DNA of 32,000 bases from Clostridium sp. AWRP (GTDB taxonomy: Bacteria > Bacillota > Clostridia > Clostridiales > Clostridiaceae), in the NCBI RefSeq assembly GCF_004006395.2, contig NZ_CP029758.2:136615-168614 (forward strand), written 5' to 3'. Position 1 is the stretch's first letter. Each line of letters starts with the position of its first letter. Below the pieces are notes generated by a model that worked only from the letters and a program-made list of their open reading frames with translations, did no database searches and was not told the DNA's origin. This document shows positions 7,664 through 17,399 of the stretch, one piece after another. The position numbers and the translations under genes are program-made.

Positions 7664-8617
7664 ATGACAACAAGGAACAACTTTAGTAAGATTTTTAAAA
7701 ATAGTGGATTGATGTTACTCGGATTTATTGTAGTCTTTGGATTGTTCTATGGGGGATATAATTATTTTCATGGGAATAAGTCAAAAACCAATAAGGTAAT
7801 ATCTACTGATAAAAAGACTGGAAGTGAAGTTAGTCAGAAGAAGGTATCTAAAAGCAACGTAAAAAGTAGTAATAAACAAGGTTCAGATAAGGACAAGAAT
7901 ATTAGACATAATGTATCTGAAGATGGAATGAAATATACTTATGATGCACAAAAAGTAAAAGATATATTGGACAATAAAGCTCCAAATGACGGAAAGAAGA
8001 TAGCATTTCTAACTTTTGATGATGGACCTTCTACTACTGTGACACCAATAATATTGAATACTTTGAAAAATTATAATGTGAAAGCAACTTTTTGTTTGCT
8101 AGGAGAAAATGTAGAAAAAAATGAAAAAAGTAAGGAACTAGTAAAAGAAATATTTAAAGAGGGACATGCTATTGGAAATCATACTTATACACACAGCATG
8201 AGAAAACTATATCCTGGAAATAGACTTGATGTAGATACTGTTATGGCAGAAGTTGAACAGGATAATGTAGCTATAAGGAACATTGTTGGACAAGATTTTA
8301 ATACTAGGGTACTAAGACTTCCAGGAGGGTATATGTCAAGGGTATACTATCATGATCCTAATTTAAATGAATTTAATGCACGACTAAAGGAAAAAGATAT
8401 GTACAGCATAGATTGGAATGCCTATGATTGTGATGCAGAAGGAAGAAGAAAAAATGCAGATCAGCTTTTAGAACACGTAAAAAGGAGTGTGGGTTCACAA
8501 CAAAAAGTTGTTATACTTATGCATGATACTTATGGTAAAGAAGAGACAGCTAGAGCATTACCTCAAATTATAGAATATCTAAAAGGTCAGGGATATGAAT
8601 TTAAAACAATAGCTTAA
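7664..8617 (+). CDS. Membrane-anchored polysaccharide deacetylase (NodB-homology, peptidoglycan deacetylase-like)
   Basis: N-terminal TM, then FLTFDDGPS, ATFCLLGENV and GHAIGNHTYTH (NodB motifs 1-3). Confidence 0.88.
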   Translation: MTTRNNFSKIFKNSGLMLLGFIVVFGLFYGGYNYFHGNKSKTNKVISTDKKTGSEVSQKKVSKSNVKSSNKQGSDKDKNIRHNVSEDGMKYTYDAQKVKDILDNKAPNDGKKIAFLTFDDGPSTTVTPIILNTLKNYNVKATFCLLGENVEKNEKSKELVKEIFKEGHAIGNHTYTHSMRKLYPGNRLDVDTVMAEVEQDNVAIRNIVGQDFNTRVLRLPGGYMSRVYYHDPNLNEFNARLKEKDMYSIDWNAYDCDAEGRRKNADQLLEHVKRSVGSQQKVVILMHDTYGKEETARALPQIIEYLKGQGYEFKTIA

Positions 8618-8786
8618 AGCAAAAATCAACTTATAGGCTTTTGAAATTAAACTTTTTATGTATATGATTGTTTGATATAATAAATTTGGGAAAAAGTCTA
8701 CTTTATTTACTAGAAGGTTTATAATTTACATAACTAATAAGAAAATTGTAGGCATCATCCAGGTTAGTTTGGAAAGAAGAGATAAT

Positions 8787-9692
8787 ATGAAAAATAAAAA
8801 TATAAAAGGTTTAATTGCTCTAGGTTTATTGATTTTCTTTATAATTGGTGTACATAGTGTTTACAAAACTAAACTTGTATCTTCAAATGACCAAAAAAAG
8901 GTCGATAATAAATCAAATGTAAAGTCTGATAAAAAAAATCAAACAAATATAAAAAAGGTACTACGTGTTAAAGATAGAGAATTTACAGGAAATAATTTGA
9001 AATATAACTCTGAGTCTATTCCTATTTTATATTATCATTCTATAGATTATGAAAAGGGAAATGAATTAAGGGTGCCAAAGGAAAAATTTAGAGAACAGAT
9101 GAAGTATTTAAAGGACAATGGATATACTACTCTTACTTTAAATGAACTTTATAATTTTTTAGCTTATAATAAACCGGTTCCTAATAAATCTGTAGTGATA
9201 ACTCTTGATGATGGATATAAGGATAACTATGAGAATGCGTTTCCTATTTTAAAGGAGTTTGGATTTAAAGCTACCGTGTTTATGATTACGAGTAGTGTAA
9301 ATAACGAGAAAGATTTTTTAACTTCCAGTGAGTTAAAGCAAATGGATAGTTATGGTATGGATATTGAAAGCCATACAGTAAATCACGATAAACTTGATAG
9401 GTTAACTTATGACAAACAAATACAGACTTTAAAAGATTCAAAGGAATTCTTAGAAAAACTTCTTAATAAAAAAATAAAGTATATTGCATATCCTTATGGC
9501 AAATGGAATGAAAGTGCCATAAAGGCATTAAAGACAGAAGGATATAGTATGGCTTTTACTACAGCAGGGGGGTGGACTAATAAAGACCAGGGAATATATA
9601 CTTTACACAGAGTATATGTAAGTGAAAAGTATGGAATGAACGAATTTAAAAGACGGCTTACGAATGGAAATTATGAAAGTACCAACAAGTAA
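8787..9692 (+). CDS. Membrane-anchored polysaccharide deacetylase family protein
   Basis: ITLDDGYKDNY, ATVFMIT and ESHTVNH motifs plus an N-terminal TM. I prefer the ATG at 8787 over the track's TTG at 8769. Confidence 0.85.
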   Translation: MKNKNIKGLIALGLLIFFIIGVHSVYKTKLVSSNDQKKVDNKSNVKSDKKNQTNIKKVLRVKDREFTGNNLKYNSESIPILYYHSIDYEKGNELRVPKEKFREQMKYLKDNGYTTLTLNELYNFLAYNKPVPNKSVVITLDDGYKDNYENAFPILKEFGFKATVFMITSSVNNEKDFLTSSELKQMDSYGMDIESHTVNHDKLDRLTYDKQIQTLKDSKEFLEKLLNKKIKYIAYPYGKWNESAIKALKTEGYSMAFTTAGGWTNKDQGIYTLHRVYVSEKYGMNEFKRRLTNGNYESTNK

Positions 9693-9763
9693 AAACTTTT
9701 ACCTAGAGTAATACGTTCAAGTAATAAAATAATTAAAATTCAAATATTTGGGGGGGGTAAAAA

Positions 9764-11260
9764 TTGAATAAGAATGTAAAGACACTTATAATAACAGCAG
9801 CTTTTGCACTAGTTGCTTTTCAATTTAAGGTATCTGCAAATTCTTCACTGGGAGCTCCTAGGATAAACATTGATACCAATAAAGAGTGGACTGTTAAATT
9901 CAGCAGCAATTTGGAACCAAGTACTGTAAATAGTACTAACATACAAGTTACTGATAAAAATAATGTTCAGGTTCCTGTGGCAGTAACTTTGGGAAATGAT
10001 CCAAGTACCGTACTGGTAAGTCCTAAAGTATCAGGATATGATCCAAGTGAAAAATATAATCTTGTTATAGGGGAAGGCTTGAAATCAGCTTCAGGGAAAA
10101 ATTTGTCCAACCCTTTAAGTATGCAGTTTACTACAAGTAATAAATATTCAGATGGGACAAGTTATACAGATCTTCCTAAGATAACTTCCAACAAATTTGA
10201 ATATGCACCACTTCTGTCATCCGAGAAACAAGGCTTTTTTATAAAATGTGATAGCTCATCAGATGTACAGTATAGAATTTTTGTAAATGGACAAAATGAC
10301 AAGGATGGAAATTATACTGAGCTTACAAATGGATATACTAATGAGGATAGCGGAAAAATAACATCTTTAAAAACGTTGAGTGCAGGTACTAACGGTGAAA
10401 AATACAAAGCAGTAATTTATGTGAAAAGGACAGGAGTTACTGGAGCCCATAAAGATGGGAATACAGAATATGATAACTATTATGTAGATTATTTTAGATG
10501 TGTGGATAATGTAGATAGTAAGTCTAGTGAATTTATAAATTATGATATATCTTTAGATGATATGGTAAATACGCAGTTAAATTCGGATAGTACACCTGTA
10601 TTTGTAGCAGCTAATGTAATGGACAATGCTGCAACTAAAAATCAGATAAAATATTATTCTGATCCAAATAATTTTCTTGACAGTTATGGTAAATATCAAT
10701 TTTTAAAGCTTACGTATTCTGATGGTGTTACAGCAGATAGTCTAAATAATTTTCTAAAAGGAAAAGGAATTTTTGATGGGAAAGGACAAGCATTTTTAGA
10801 TGCAGCTAAAAATAATAATATAAGCGTAGCTTATTTAGTTTCACATGCTATGCTTGAAACAGGAAATGGTACTTCTAAGCTGGCAAATGGTGGAGCAACG
10901 GATAGTAGTGGAAATTATATTTATGGAGTACCTGTATATAATTTCTTTGGAATAAATGCAACAGACGATAATGCTGTTTTAAATGGAACTAAAACTGCAT
11001 ATGAGAATGGATGGACTACTGTAGAGAGAGCTATTTCAGGTGGAGCACAGTGGATAGGAAAGTGGTATATAAATAATCCATCAACAAATCAAAACACTAT
11101 TTATAAAATGAGGTGGAATCCTGGGAATCCCGGACAGCATGAATATGCTACGGATATATCTTGGGCATATAAACAAATACCAAATATAATAAAGGAAATG
11201 CAGGATATAACATCAGGTTCCAATTTAGAATTAGAATTTGAAATACCTAAATATAAATAA
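9764..11260 (+). CDS. Secreted cell-wall hydrolase: SbsA-type Ig-like N-domain plus C-terminal GH73 endo-beta-N-acetylglucosaminidase
   Basis: Signal peptide, then a glucosaminidase core GQAFLDAAKNNNISVAYLVSHAMLETGNGTS...YNFFGINA. TTG start after a G8 run acting as RBS. Confidence 0.85.
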   Translation: MNKNVKTLIITAAFALVAFQFKVSANSSLGAPRINIDTNKEWTVKFSSNLEPSTVNSTNIQVTDKNNVQVPVAVTLGNDPSTVLVSPKVSGYDPSEKYNLVIGEGLKSASGKNLSNPLSMQFTTSNKYSDGTSYTDLPKITSNKFEYAPLLSSEKQGFFIKCDSSSDVQYRIFVNGQNDKDGNYTELTNGYTNEDSGKITSLKTLSAGTNGEKYKAVIYVKRTGVTGAHKDGNTEYDNYYVDYFRCVDNVDSKSSEFINYDISLDDMVNTQLNSDSTPVFVAANVMDNAATKNQIKYYSDPNNFLDSYGKYQFLKLTYSDGVTADSLNNFLKGKGIFDGKGQAFLDAAKNNNISVAYLVSHAMLETGNGTSKLANGGATDSSGNYIYGVPVYNFFGINATDDNAVLNGTKTAYENGWTTVERAISGGAQWIGKWYINNPSTNQNTIYKMRWNPGNPGQHEYATDISWAYKQIPNIIKEMQDITSGSNLELEFEIPKYK

Positions 11261-11270
11261 TAAATATAGT

Positions 11271-11314
11271 AAAAACACTATCAAAATCAATGATGATTAG
11301 ATAGTGTTTTTTTA
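11271..11314. terminator. Bidirectional terminator
   Basis: aaaaacactatc...gatagtgttttttt, with a 9-bp stem (11274-11282 / 11300-11308) and A/T tracts on both sides. Confidence 0.75.
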
Positions 11315-11315
11315 T

Positions 11316-11501
11316 TTAAATAATTCCTTCACTTTTTAATATATTTTCCAATTCGTTTACTTTGTCGTAAAGAAGATGAAATTTGTCTTTCAATACCTGA
11401 TTCTGTGAGTTGTCGCTTACTATGGCCTTTTCCAAACTTTCAATAACTGACAGAGCTTCGTCGATATCTCGTTGAGCCAAATTTAAAGTGTTTTCTTTCA
11501 T
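11316..11501 (-). CDS. Small helical/coiled-coil protein (61 aa), unknown function
   Basis: AAGGAG RBS. Translationally close-coupled to the upstream zinc-ribbon gene, with a 12-nt gap. Confidence 0.6.
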   Translation of the reverse strand: MKENTLNLAQRDIDEALSVIESLEKAIVSDNSQNQVLKDKFHLLYDKVNELENILKSEGII

Positions 11502-11513
11502 TAATAATTCTCC

Positions 11514-11756
11514 TTAATTTAATATATTTTTTATTTTTGATAAATCTTCATCTTCCACAAATGGTGCACAAAATTGAAAAGTTTTTTCATGGCCGCATTC
11601 TGAACATACACAATTACAAACATCGTAGGGGATACCATCAACTACGGATACATTTGAATTTTCAGCTAAATATTCTCCTCCACATATTTCACAGGGAGTA
11701 TCATTTATAACTAGATATTCACTTTCTATATATTTCATTATATCTCTAATGGTCAT
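11514..11756 (-). CDS. Small zinc-ribbon-like protein (80 aa), unknown function
   Basis: GGAGG RBS. Cys pattern CEIC...CNCVCSEC suggests a Zn-binding ribbon. Confidence 0.6.
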   Translation of the reverse strand: MTIRDIMKYIESEYLVINDTPCEICGGEYLAENSNVSVVDGIPYDVCNCVCSECGHEKTFQFCAPFVEDEDLSKIKNILN

Positions 11757-11936
11757 TATTAACCTCCAATTTAAAAATTATCACAACATAAATGGTAACA
11801 CTATTAAAAGGGATTTTCAATCATTTAATCTCTATAAAATCCACCTGCTTATAGGTAATTTTATATTCTTATTATCATATATTAGTTATATGATAAATAT
11901 TTGTATATTTTGGATTATAGGGGGAGTGGTTATATT

Positions 11937-12512
11937 GTGATAAACATTATATGGTTTTCTATTTTAGCATTTGGAATAGGGTTTGGAATATTATCTGGAA
12001 GGGGAGAGGCAGTGTCCAAGTCCATTATAGCTTCTTCAGATGCTTCAGTAAAACTTATGATAAGTCTTTTGGGGATAATGTGTCTCTGGTGTGGGGTAAT
12101 GAAAATAGCAGAGAAAAGTGGGCTTATGAATAAAATCGCAAGCTTAATGAGACCCGTTTTGAAAGTTTTGTTTAAGGATGCCTCTAAAGATGAAAGAGCT
12201 ATAGGGCCAATAGTTATGAACTTAACTGCTAATATGATGGGATTATCTAATGCAGCCACTCCTTTTGGAATAAAAGCTATGGATCAGCTTAGTAATCTCA
12301 ATAAAAAGAAAGAAGAAGCAAGTGATGATATGGCGCTTTTTTTAGTTTTAAATGCAGCTTGTATACAGCTTGTACCAACTACGGTTATATCTATAAGAGC
12401 GGCAATGGGATCTAAAAATCCTGCAGAAACAATAATACCAGCTATAATTACAACTACTATATCTGCAGTAGTAGGAGTAGTATGTTGTAAAATTCTCCAG
12501 AGATATTTTTAA
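11937..12512 (+). CDS. spmA: Spore maturation protein A (nucleoside-recognition/Gate-domain membrane protein)
   Basis: (V)INIIWFSILAFGIGFGILSGR...CLWCGVMKIAEKSGL is typical of SpmA. GTG at 11937 sits behind GGGGGAG. The track's ATG at 11901 lacks an RBS. Confidence 0.8.
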   Translation: MINIIWFSILAFGIGFGILSGRGEAVSKSIIASSDASVKLMISLLGIMCLWCGVMKIAEKSGLMNKIASLMRPVLKVLFKDASKDERAIGPIVMNLTANMMGLSNAATPFGIKAMDQLSNLNKKKEEASDDMALFLVLNAACIQLVPTTVISIRAAMGSKNPAETIIPAIITTTISAVVGVVCCKILQRYF

Positions 12513-12538
12513 CTTTATTTAAAAGGAGTAGGGTAAGG

Positions 12539-13057
12539 GTGAAGTACATAATAAAAGCTATAATTCCAATAATTATTATATTTATGGTTACCTATGGTCA
12601 AATGAAAAAAGTTAGGGTATATGAATGTTTTGTAGAAGGAGCCAGGGAAGGGATAGATATATGTATTAAGATATTTCCGTACCTATTAGCCATGATAATA
12701 GCAGTAGGGGTTTTTAGAGAATCTAAAGCTTTAGATTACTTTATAGGATTTGTAAAACCTGTAGTAAAATTTGTAGGACTTCCTCCTGAAGTAGTACCTC
12801 TTGTGCTTGTAAAGCCATTATCAGGCAGTGGGGCTCTTGGAATATTCGCTGAAACCTTAAGCAAATTTGGACCAGATAGTTACATAGGTAGAATTTCCTC
12901 TATAATTATGGGCTCTACGGAAACTATATTTTATACTCTTACAGTTTATTTTGGAGCGGTTGGTATAAAAAAAATAAGGCATACCCTTTGGGCAGCAGTA
13001 ATGGCAGATATAACTGCAATAATCACAGCAGTTATAGTAACTAGAATTATGTTTTAA
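12539..13057 (+). CDS. spmB: Spore maturation protein B
   Basis: Polytopic membrane protein immediately after spmA. PLSGSGALGIF and GSTETIFYTLTVYFG motifs. GTG start. Confidence 0.8.
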   Translation: MKYIIKAIIPIIIIFMVTYGQMKKVRVYECFVEGAREGIDICIKIFPYLLAMIIAVGVFRESKALDYFIGFVKPVVKFVGLPPEVVPLVLVKPLSGSGALGIFAETLSKFGPDSYIGRISSIIMGSTETIFYTLTVYFGAVGIKKIRHTLWAAVMADITAIITAVIVTRIMF

Positions 13058-13150
13058 TTGAAAATTGGTATGAAATTTTATATTTTACCTTATAATAATT
13101 AGTTGTATAATATATAGTATAATTCATAATTATTTGGGATGTGAGTTAAG

Positions 13151-13729
13151 TTGTTAAGGTGGAAAGAGCTCTATGAAGAATGTTTAAATTGTCATAAATG
13201 TAGTTTAGGAGATAACAGAACTAATATGGTTTTTGGAGATGGAAATCCTAAGGCACATATCATGTTTATAGGAGAAGCACCAGGAGCAGATGAGGATAGA
13301 ACGGGAATACCTTTTGTAGGTAGGGCAGGTCAGCTTTTGACGAAAGCTCTTGAGGCACTTGATTTATATAGGGAAAAGGATTATTACATATGTAACATTT
13401 GTAAGTGCAGGCCCCAAAATAACAGAACTCCTTATGAGCAGGAAGAAGAAGCCTGTATTCCATATCTGAGAAATCAAGTAGCACTTATAAGGCCTAAAAT
13501 AATAGTTTGCCTTGGTGCAACTGCTATGGGATGCATATTAGGAAAGGACTGGAGAATTACAAGAGATAGGGGAAAGTGGGTTGAAAGAAAAGGCTTTTAT
13601 ATGACTGCAACTTTTCATCCTTCAGCGGTTTTGAGAGATGCGAATAAAAAAGCTGCATTTTGGGAAGATTTAAAAAGTATAAAAGAGAAAAATGAAGAGA
13701 TTTTTCAAACAAAAAATGTTGACACATAA
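13151..13729 (+). CDS. Family 4 uracil-DNA glycosylase
   Basis: CxxC at the N-terminus, then GEAPGADED and FVGRAGQLL motifs and a FHPS-type C-terminal motif. Confidence 0.88.
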   Translation: MLRWKELYEECLNCHKCSLGDNRTNMVFGDGNPKAHIMFIGEAPGADEDRTGIPFVGRAGQLLTKALEALDLYREKDYYICNICKCRPQNNRTPYEQEEEACIPYLRNQVALIRPKIIVCLGATAMGCILGKDWRITRDRGKWVERKGFYMTATFHPSAVLRDANKKAAFWEDLKSIKEKNEEIFQTKNVDT

Positions 13730-13747
13730 AATTATATGACATATTAT
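13719..13747 (+). promoter_or_regulatory. Sigma-A promoter for the metG T-box leader
   Basis: TTGACA (13719-13724), 17 nt, TATTAT (13742-13747). It overlaps the end of the UDG gene. Confidence 0.6.
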
Positions 13748-13753
13748 ATTGTT

Positions 13754-14022
13754 AAATACTGTGAAGGAAAGAGTAGTAAATTAGTTTGCACAAAGAGAGT
13801 CGGCAGATTTTGGTGAGAGCCGAATGCAATAAAGTTTATGAATATGGCTCTAGAGTATATCGCTTGAAATAATAGTAGGGTGGTACGGTAGTAACCGTTA
13901 TATTACAAGGTGATTAATAGTTACTTAATGATGCTTTTATTGTGAAGTAAAAGTAAAGTAGAGTGGTAAAGCGTAATTTACGCCTCTATGTGGAAAGGAT
14001 TTTTCCATATGGGGGTTTTTTT
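13754..14022 (+). promoter_or_regulatory. T-box riboswitch leader (Met)
   Basis: Stem I motifs AGAGAG...GGTGAGAG, an AGTA box, an F-box CCGTTA, ATG triplets in the specifier region (likely 13838-13840, followed by A) and the T-box-like AGAGTGGTAAAGCG. The terminator is cctctatgtggaaa / tttccatatggggg (13983-14015) plus T7. Confidence 0.85.
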
Positions 14023-14078
14023 ATATGAAAAAACAATTAAAAATACAATAAAACTAGAAGAAAAAGGGAGAGAAAGAT

Positions 14079-16013
14079 ATGACCAAGAAAACTTATTATA
14101 TTACTACGCCAATTTATTATCCATCTGCAAATCTTCATATAGGAAATACCTATACTACTGTAGCAGCAGATGCTCTGGCAAGATTTAAAAGGCTTACAGG
14201 CTATGATGTTATGTTTTTGACAGGAACAGATGAACATGGACAGAAAATTCAGCGATTAGCTGAGGCAAAGGGTGTTACTCCTATAGAATATGTAGATGAA
14301 ATAGTTGCTGGAATTAAAAAACTGTGGGATATGATGAATATAAGCTATGACAAGTTTATACGAACTACAGAGGATTACCATATTAAAGCAGTCCAAAAAA
14401 TATTTAAGAAATTGTATGACCAAGGTGATATATATAAGGGAAGTTATGAAGGATTATACTGTACACCTTGTGAATCCTTTTGGACAGAAACCCAGGCAGC
14501 AGACGGTAAATGTCCTGACTGTGGAAGATCAGTAGAGAAAACTAAGGAAGAAGCATATTTCTTTAAAATGTCAAAATATGCCCCTAAACTTATAAAGTAT
14601 ATTGAGGATCATCCTGATTTTATACAGCCTGAATCTAGAAAAAATGAGATGCTAAATAATTTCTTAAGGCCTGGACTCCAGGATTTATGTGTTTCTAGAA
14701 CATCATTCAACTGGGGAATACCTGTAACTTTTGATGAAAAACACGTGATATATGTTTGGATAGATGCTCTTGCAAATTATATAACAGCTCTTGGATATGG
14801 TAGTGAAAATGAAGAGTTATATAATAAATACTGGCCAGCAGATGTACATCTAGTTGGTAAAGACATATTAAGGTTTCATACAATTTATTGGCCTATAATG
14901 CTTATGGCATTGGGACTTCCTGTTCCTAAAAAGGTATTCGGACATGGATGGCTTCTGGTAGATGGGGGAAAGATGTCAAAGTCAAAGGGAAATGTAGTAG
15001 ATCCTGTAGTTTTAGTAGATAATTTTGGTGCAGATGCTGTTAGATATTATCTATTGCGAGAAATACCATTTGGTTCAGATGGATTGTTTAATAATGAAAT
15101 ATTTATAAAAAGAATTAATTCAGATTTAGCCAATGATTTGGGAAATTTATTATCCAGAACTTGTGCTATGGTTGAAAAATATTTTGGTGGAGTAGTGCAA
15201 GAACCAATAAAAAAAGAACAAATTGATGATGAACTTATAAAGCTAGCACTAGAAACTCCTAAAAAAGTAGAAAAGAATATGAATGATTTAAGAATACCAG
15301 AAGCTTTAGATAATATATGGGATCTTATAACTAGATCAAATAAATATATAGATGAAACTACACCATGGATACTAGCTAAGGATGAAGCTAAAAAAGATAG
15401 GCTTGGAACAGTGCTTTACAATCTTTTAGAGTCACTTAGAATAATATCTGTATGTGTTTCTCCATATTTACCTGAAACAAGCACTAAAATGTATAAACAA
15501 CTTAACACAAATGTTGTTTCCTGGGACAGTATAGCTTCTTTTAATGGAACTAAGGCTGGAACAAATATAAGTAAGGGAGAATTATTATTTCCTAGAATAG
15601 ATGTAGATAAAAAAATAGAGGAATTAAATAAATTAAAGGAAGAAAAAAAAGCAGCACAGAGTTTTAATGAAAAATCTTTAAAAAAACAAATAACTATAGA
15701 TGATTTTGATAAAATAGATTTAAGAGTTGCTAAAGTTTTAAAATGTGAAAACATAAAAGGGTCCAATAAACTACTTAAATTCCAACTTCAAATGGGAAAG
15801 GAACAGAGACAGGTAGTTTCAGGAATTGCAAAGTATTATAAACCAGAAGAGCTTGTGGGCAAATATGTAGTATTTGTAGCAAATTTAAAACCTGTAAAAT
15901 TAAAAGGTGAAATTTCAGAAGGAATGATATTATCTGCAGCTTCAGATGATGATAGTAAATTATCCATACTATCACTTTCTGATGAAGTTCCAAGCGGAAG
16001 CACAGTAAGATAA
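14079..16013 (+). CDS. metG: Methionyl-tRNA synthetase with C-terminal tRNA-binding (Trbp111/EMAP-like) domain
   Basis: HIGH-type ANLHIGNTYT, KMSKS, a zinc knuckle CTPCE...CPDCG, and C-terminal DLRVAKVLKCENIKGSNKLLKFQLQMG. Confidence 0.97.
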   Translation: MTKKTYYITTPIYYPSANLHIGNTYTTVAADALARFKRLTGYDVMFLTGTDEHGQKIQRLAEAKGVTPIEYVDEIVAGIKKLWDMMNISYDKFIRTTEDYHIKAVQKIFKKLYDQGDIYKGSYEGLYCTPCESFWTETQAADGKCPDCGRSVEKTKEEAYFFKMSKYAPKLIKYIEDHPDFIQPESRKNEMLNNFLRPGLQDLCVSRTSFNWGIPVTFDEKHVIYVWIDALANYITALGYGSENEELYNKYWPADVHLVGKDILRFHTIYWPIMLMALGLPVPKKVFGHGWLLVDGGKMSKSKGNVVDPVVLVDNFGADAVRYYLLREIPFGSDGLFNNEIFIKRINSDLANDLGNLLSRTCAMVEKYFGGVVQEPIKKEQIDDELIKLALETPKKVEKNMNDLRIPEALDNIWDLITRSNKYIDETTPWILAKDEAKKDRLGTVLYNLLESLRIISVCVSPYLPETSTKMYKQLNTNVVSWDSIASFNGTKAGTNISKGELLFPRIDVDKKIEELNKLKEEKKAAQSFNEKSLKKQITIDDFDKIDLRVAKVLKCENIKGSNKLLKFQLQMGKEQRQVVSGIAKYYKPEELVGKYVVFVANLKPVKLKGEISEGMILSAASDDDSKLSILSLSDEVPSGSTVR

Positions 16014-16025
16014 TGTGAATTTTTT

Positions 16026-16225
16026 TAGTTAATAGTTAAGAATGAAGAATTAATAGTTAATGTGGATTTTTTTCGTTACACTACAAAAAATCTTTAATTA
16101 AATTTTTGAAGACTCGTTTTGCTAAGGCAAAACATTAATAAGCGTTAATTTATATAAATTTAAAGATTTTTTGCGATAGCTAAAAATCATCCTTCACTAT
16201 TAATTTTTTATTATTAATTCTTAAC
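16026..16225. repeat. Long imperfect palindromic element built from inverted heptamer arrays (copy A)
   Basis: Left arm heptads are tagttaa tagttaa gaatgaa gaattaa tagttaa tgtggat (16026-16067). The right arm (16181-16225) is about 75% complementary to it. Internal hairpins are gatttttt-N11-aaaaaatc, gttttgc-taag-gcaaaac and gatttttt-N9-aaaaatc. Confidence 0.7.
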
Positions 16226-16252
16226 TTGCGAAGCTTTGCTTCGCAATTTTTT
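16226..16252 (+). terminator. Rho-independent terminator at the right edge of element A (ends the metG transcript)
   Basis: ttgcgaagc ttt gcttcgcaa, a perfect 9-bp stem, followed by TTTTTT. Confidence 0.8.
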
Positions 16253-16294
16253 AAAACTGTGAAAGAATTTAAAATTAGGTTAGGAGAAAGTTAT

Positions 16295-17071
16295 ATGGAA
16301 CTAAACATATTTGATGCCCATGCGCATTATGACGACGAAGAATTTGACGAAGATAGGGACAAAGTAATAGAAGAGTTGAAGAAAAACAATATAGTTGGAG
16401 TATTAAATTGTGGGTCTTCTATTGAAGGAGCTAGAGCATCTGTTAAATTAGCGGATAAATATGATATGTTTTATGCAGCAGTAGGAGTGCATCCTGAATA
16501 TTCAGACATATTTACTGATGATATATTGGAAGAATTAAAAATTTTAGCTAAAAATAAAAAAGTAAAGGCAATTGGGGAGATAGGGCTTGACTATTATTAC
16601 AAAGAAAATCCTGCGAAAGAAGTGCAAAAAGCTGTATTTATAAAGCAGATGAAATTAGCAGATGAATTGAAATTACCGGTAATTATACATGACAGGGAAG
16701 CTCATGAAGATACTTTAAATATAGTAAAACAGTTTAAGAATGTTATTGGAGAAATACATTGTTTTTCTGGAAGTGTTGAGATTGCAAGGGAATTTTTAAA
16801 ATTAGGATATTACATAGGATTTACAGGGGTAGTAACTTTTAAAAATGCAAAGAAAGCTGTTGAAGTTGCAAGGGAAGTTCCCTTTAATAGAATTTTAGTT
16901 GAGACAGATTGTCCCTATATGGCTCCGGTTCCTTTTAGAGGAAAGAGAAATAGATCTGAATATATAAAATTTATTATAGCTAAGATAGCTGAAATCAAAG
17001 GTGTAGAAGATAGTAAAATAAGTCAATTAACAATTTTTAACATGAAACAGTTGCTTAATTTGGTAAAATAG
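16295..17071 (+). CDS. tatD: TatD-family metal-dependent DNase/hydrolase
   Basis: FDAHAHYD, GEIGLDYYY, IHDREAHEDT and ETDCPYMAP. ATG at 16295 with an AGGAG RBS. The track's upstream start lies inside the terminator. Confidence 0.92.
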   Translation: MELNIFDAHAHYDDEEFDEDRDKVIEELKKNNIVGVLNCGSSIEGARASVKLADKYDMFYAAVGVHPEYSDIFTDDILEELKILAKNKKVKAIGEIGLDYYYKENPAKEVQKAVFIKQMKLADELKLPVIIHDREAHEDTLNIVKQFKNVIGEIHCFSGSVEIAREFLKLGYYIGFTGVVTFKNAKKAVEVAREVPFNRILVETDCPYMAPVPFRGKRNRSEYIKFIIAKIAEIKGVEDSKISQLTIFNMKQLLNLVK

Positions 17072-17333
17072 TGTAAAATTAAAAAGAGGTTTTATTAAGT
17101 CTGTTTTTAGTAATAAAAAAATATTTAACAGCATAGTTTATATAATAGACACTTTAAACCACCAAAAAAATAACATAGACTGTAGGTTGAGTAGAGAACT
17201 CTAATTAGCAGATTTAATGCAAGTTATTTACTCATGAAGTATAATATCGGAATCATAAATAATTATTTTATTTATAGTTTTATGCACAAGGCTGCATTTA
17301 ACATTTTATAACAGTCTTAATGCAGAGTGATAT

Positions 17334-17362
17334 TTGACATGATTTTGGGTTCCATTTATAAT
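17334..17362 (+). promoter_or_regulatory. Consensus sigma-A promoter for yabE
   Basis: TTGACA (17334-17339), exactly 17 nt, TATAAT (17357-17362). Confidence 0.75.
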
Positions 17363-17399
17363 GGAGTATGTCGCTCTCGCGCCCAGAGGAGGTATTTTT

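Noticed and set aside
10501-10509. Perfect DnaA box TGTGGATAA inside the glucosaminidase coding sequence
   Set aside because: It is isolated, has no partner box, and lies within a CDS (codons for VDN). It is most simply a chance occurrence and is not counted as a regulatory site.
11749-14535. Track ORFs 11749-11940, 11930-12259(-), 11951-12133, 13266-13484(-), 13557-13742(-), 13988-14188, 14037-14237(-) and 14347-14535
   Set aside because: All are shadows or alternative frames of spmA, UDG, the T-box leader or metG, with no independent signals.
17072-17399. Looked for a cyclic-di-AMP (ydaO-type) riboswitch upstream of yabE, as often found before clostridial and bacillary cell-wall hydrolase genes
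   Set aside because: None of the conserved ydaO segments as I recall them are present. The 328-bp region shows only a consensus sigma-A promoter about 40 nt from the start codon.
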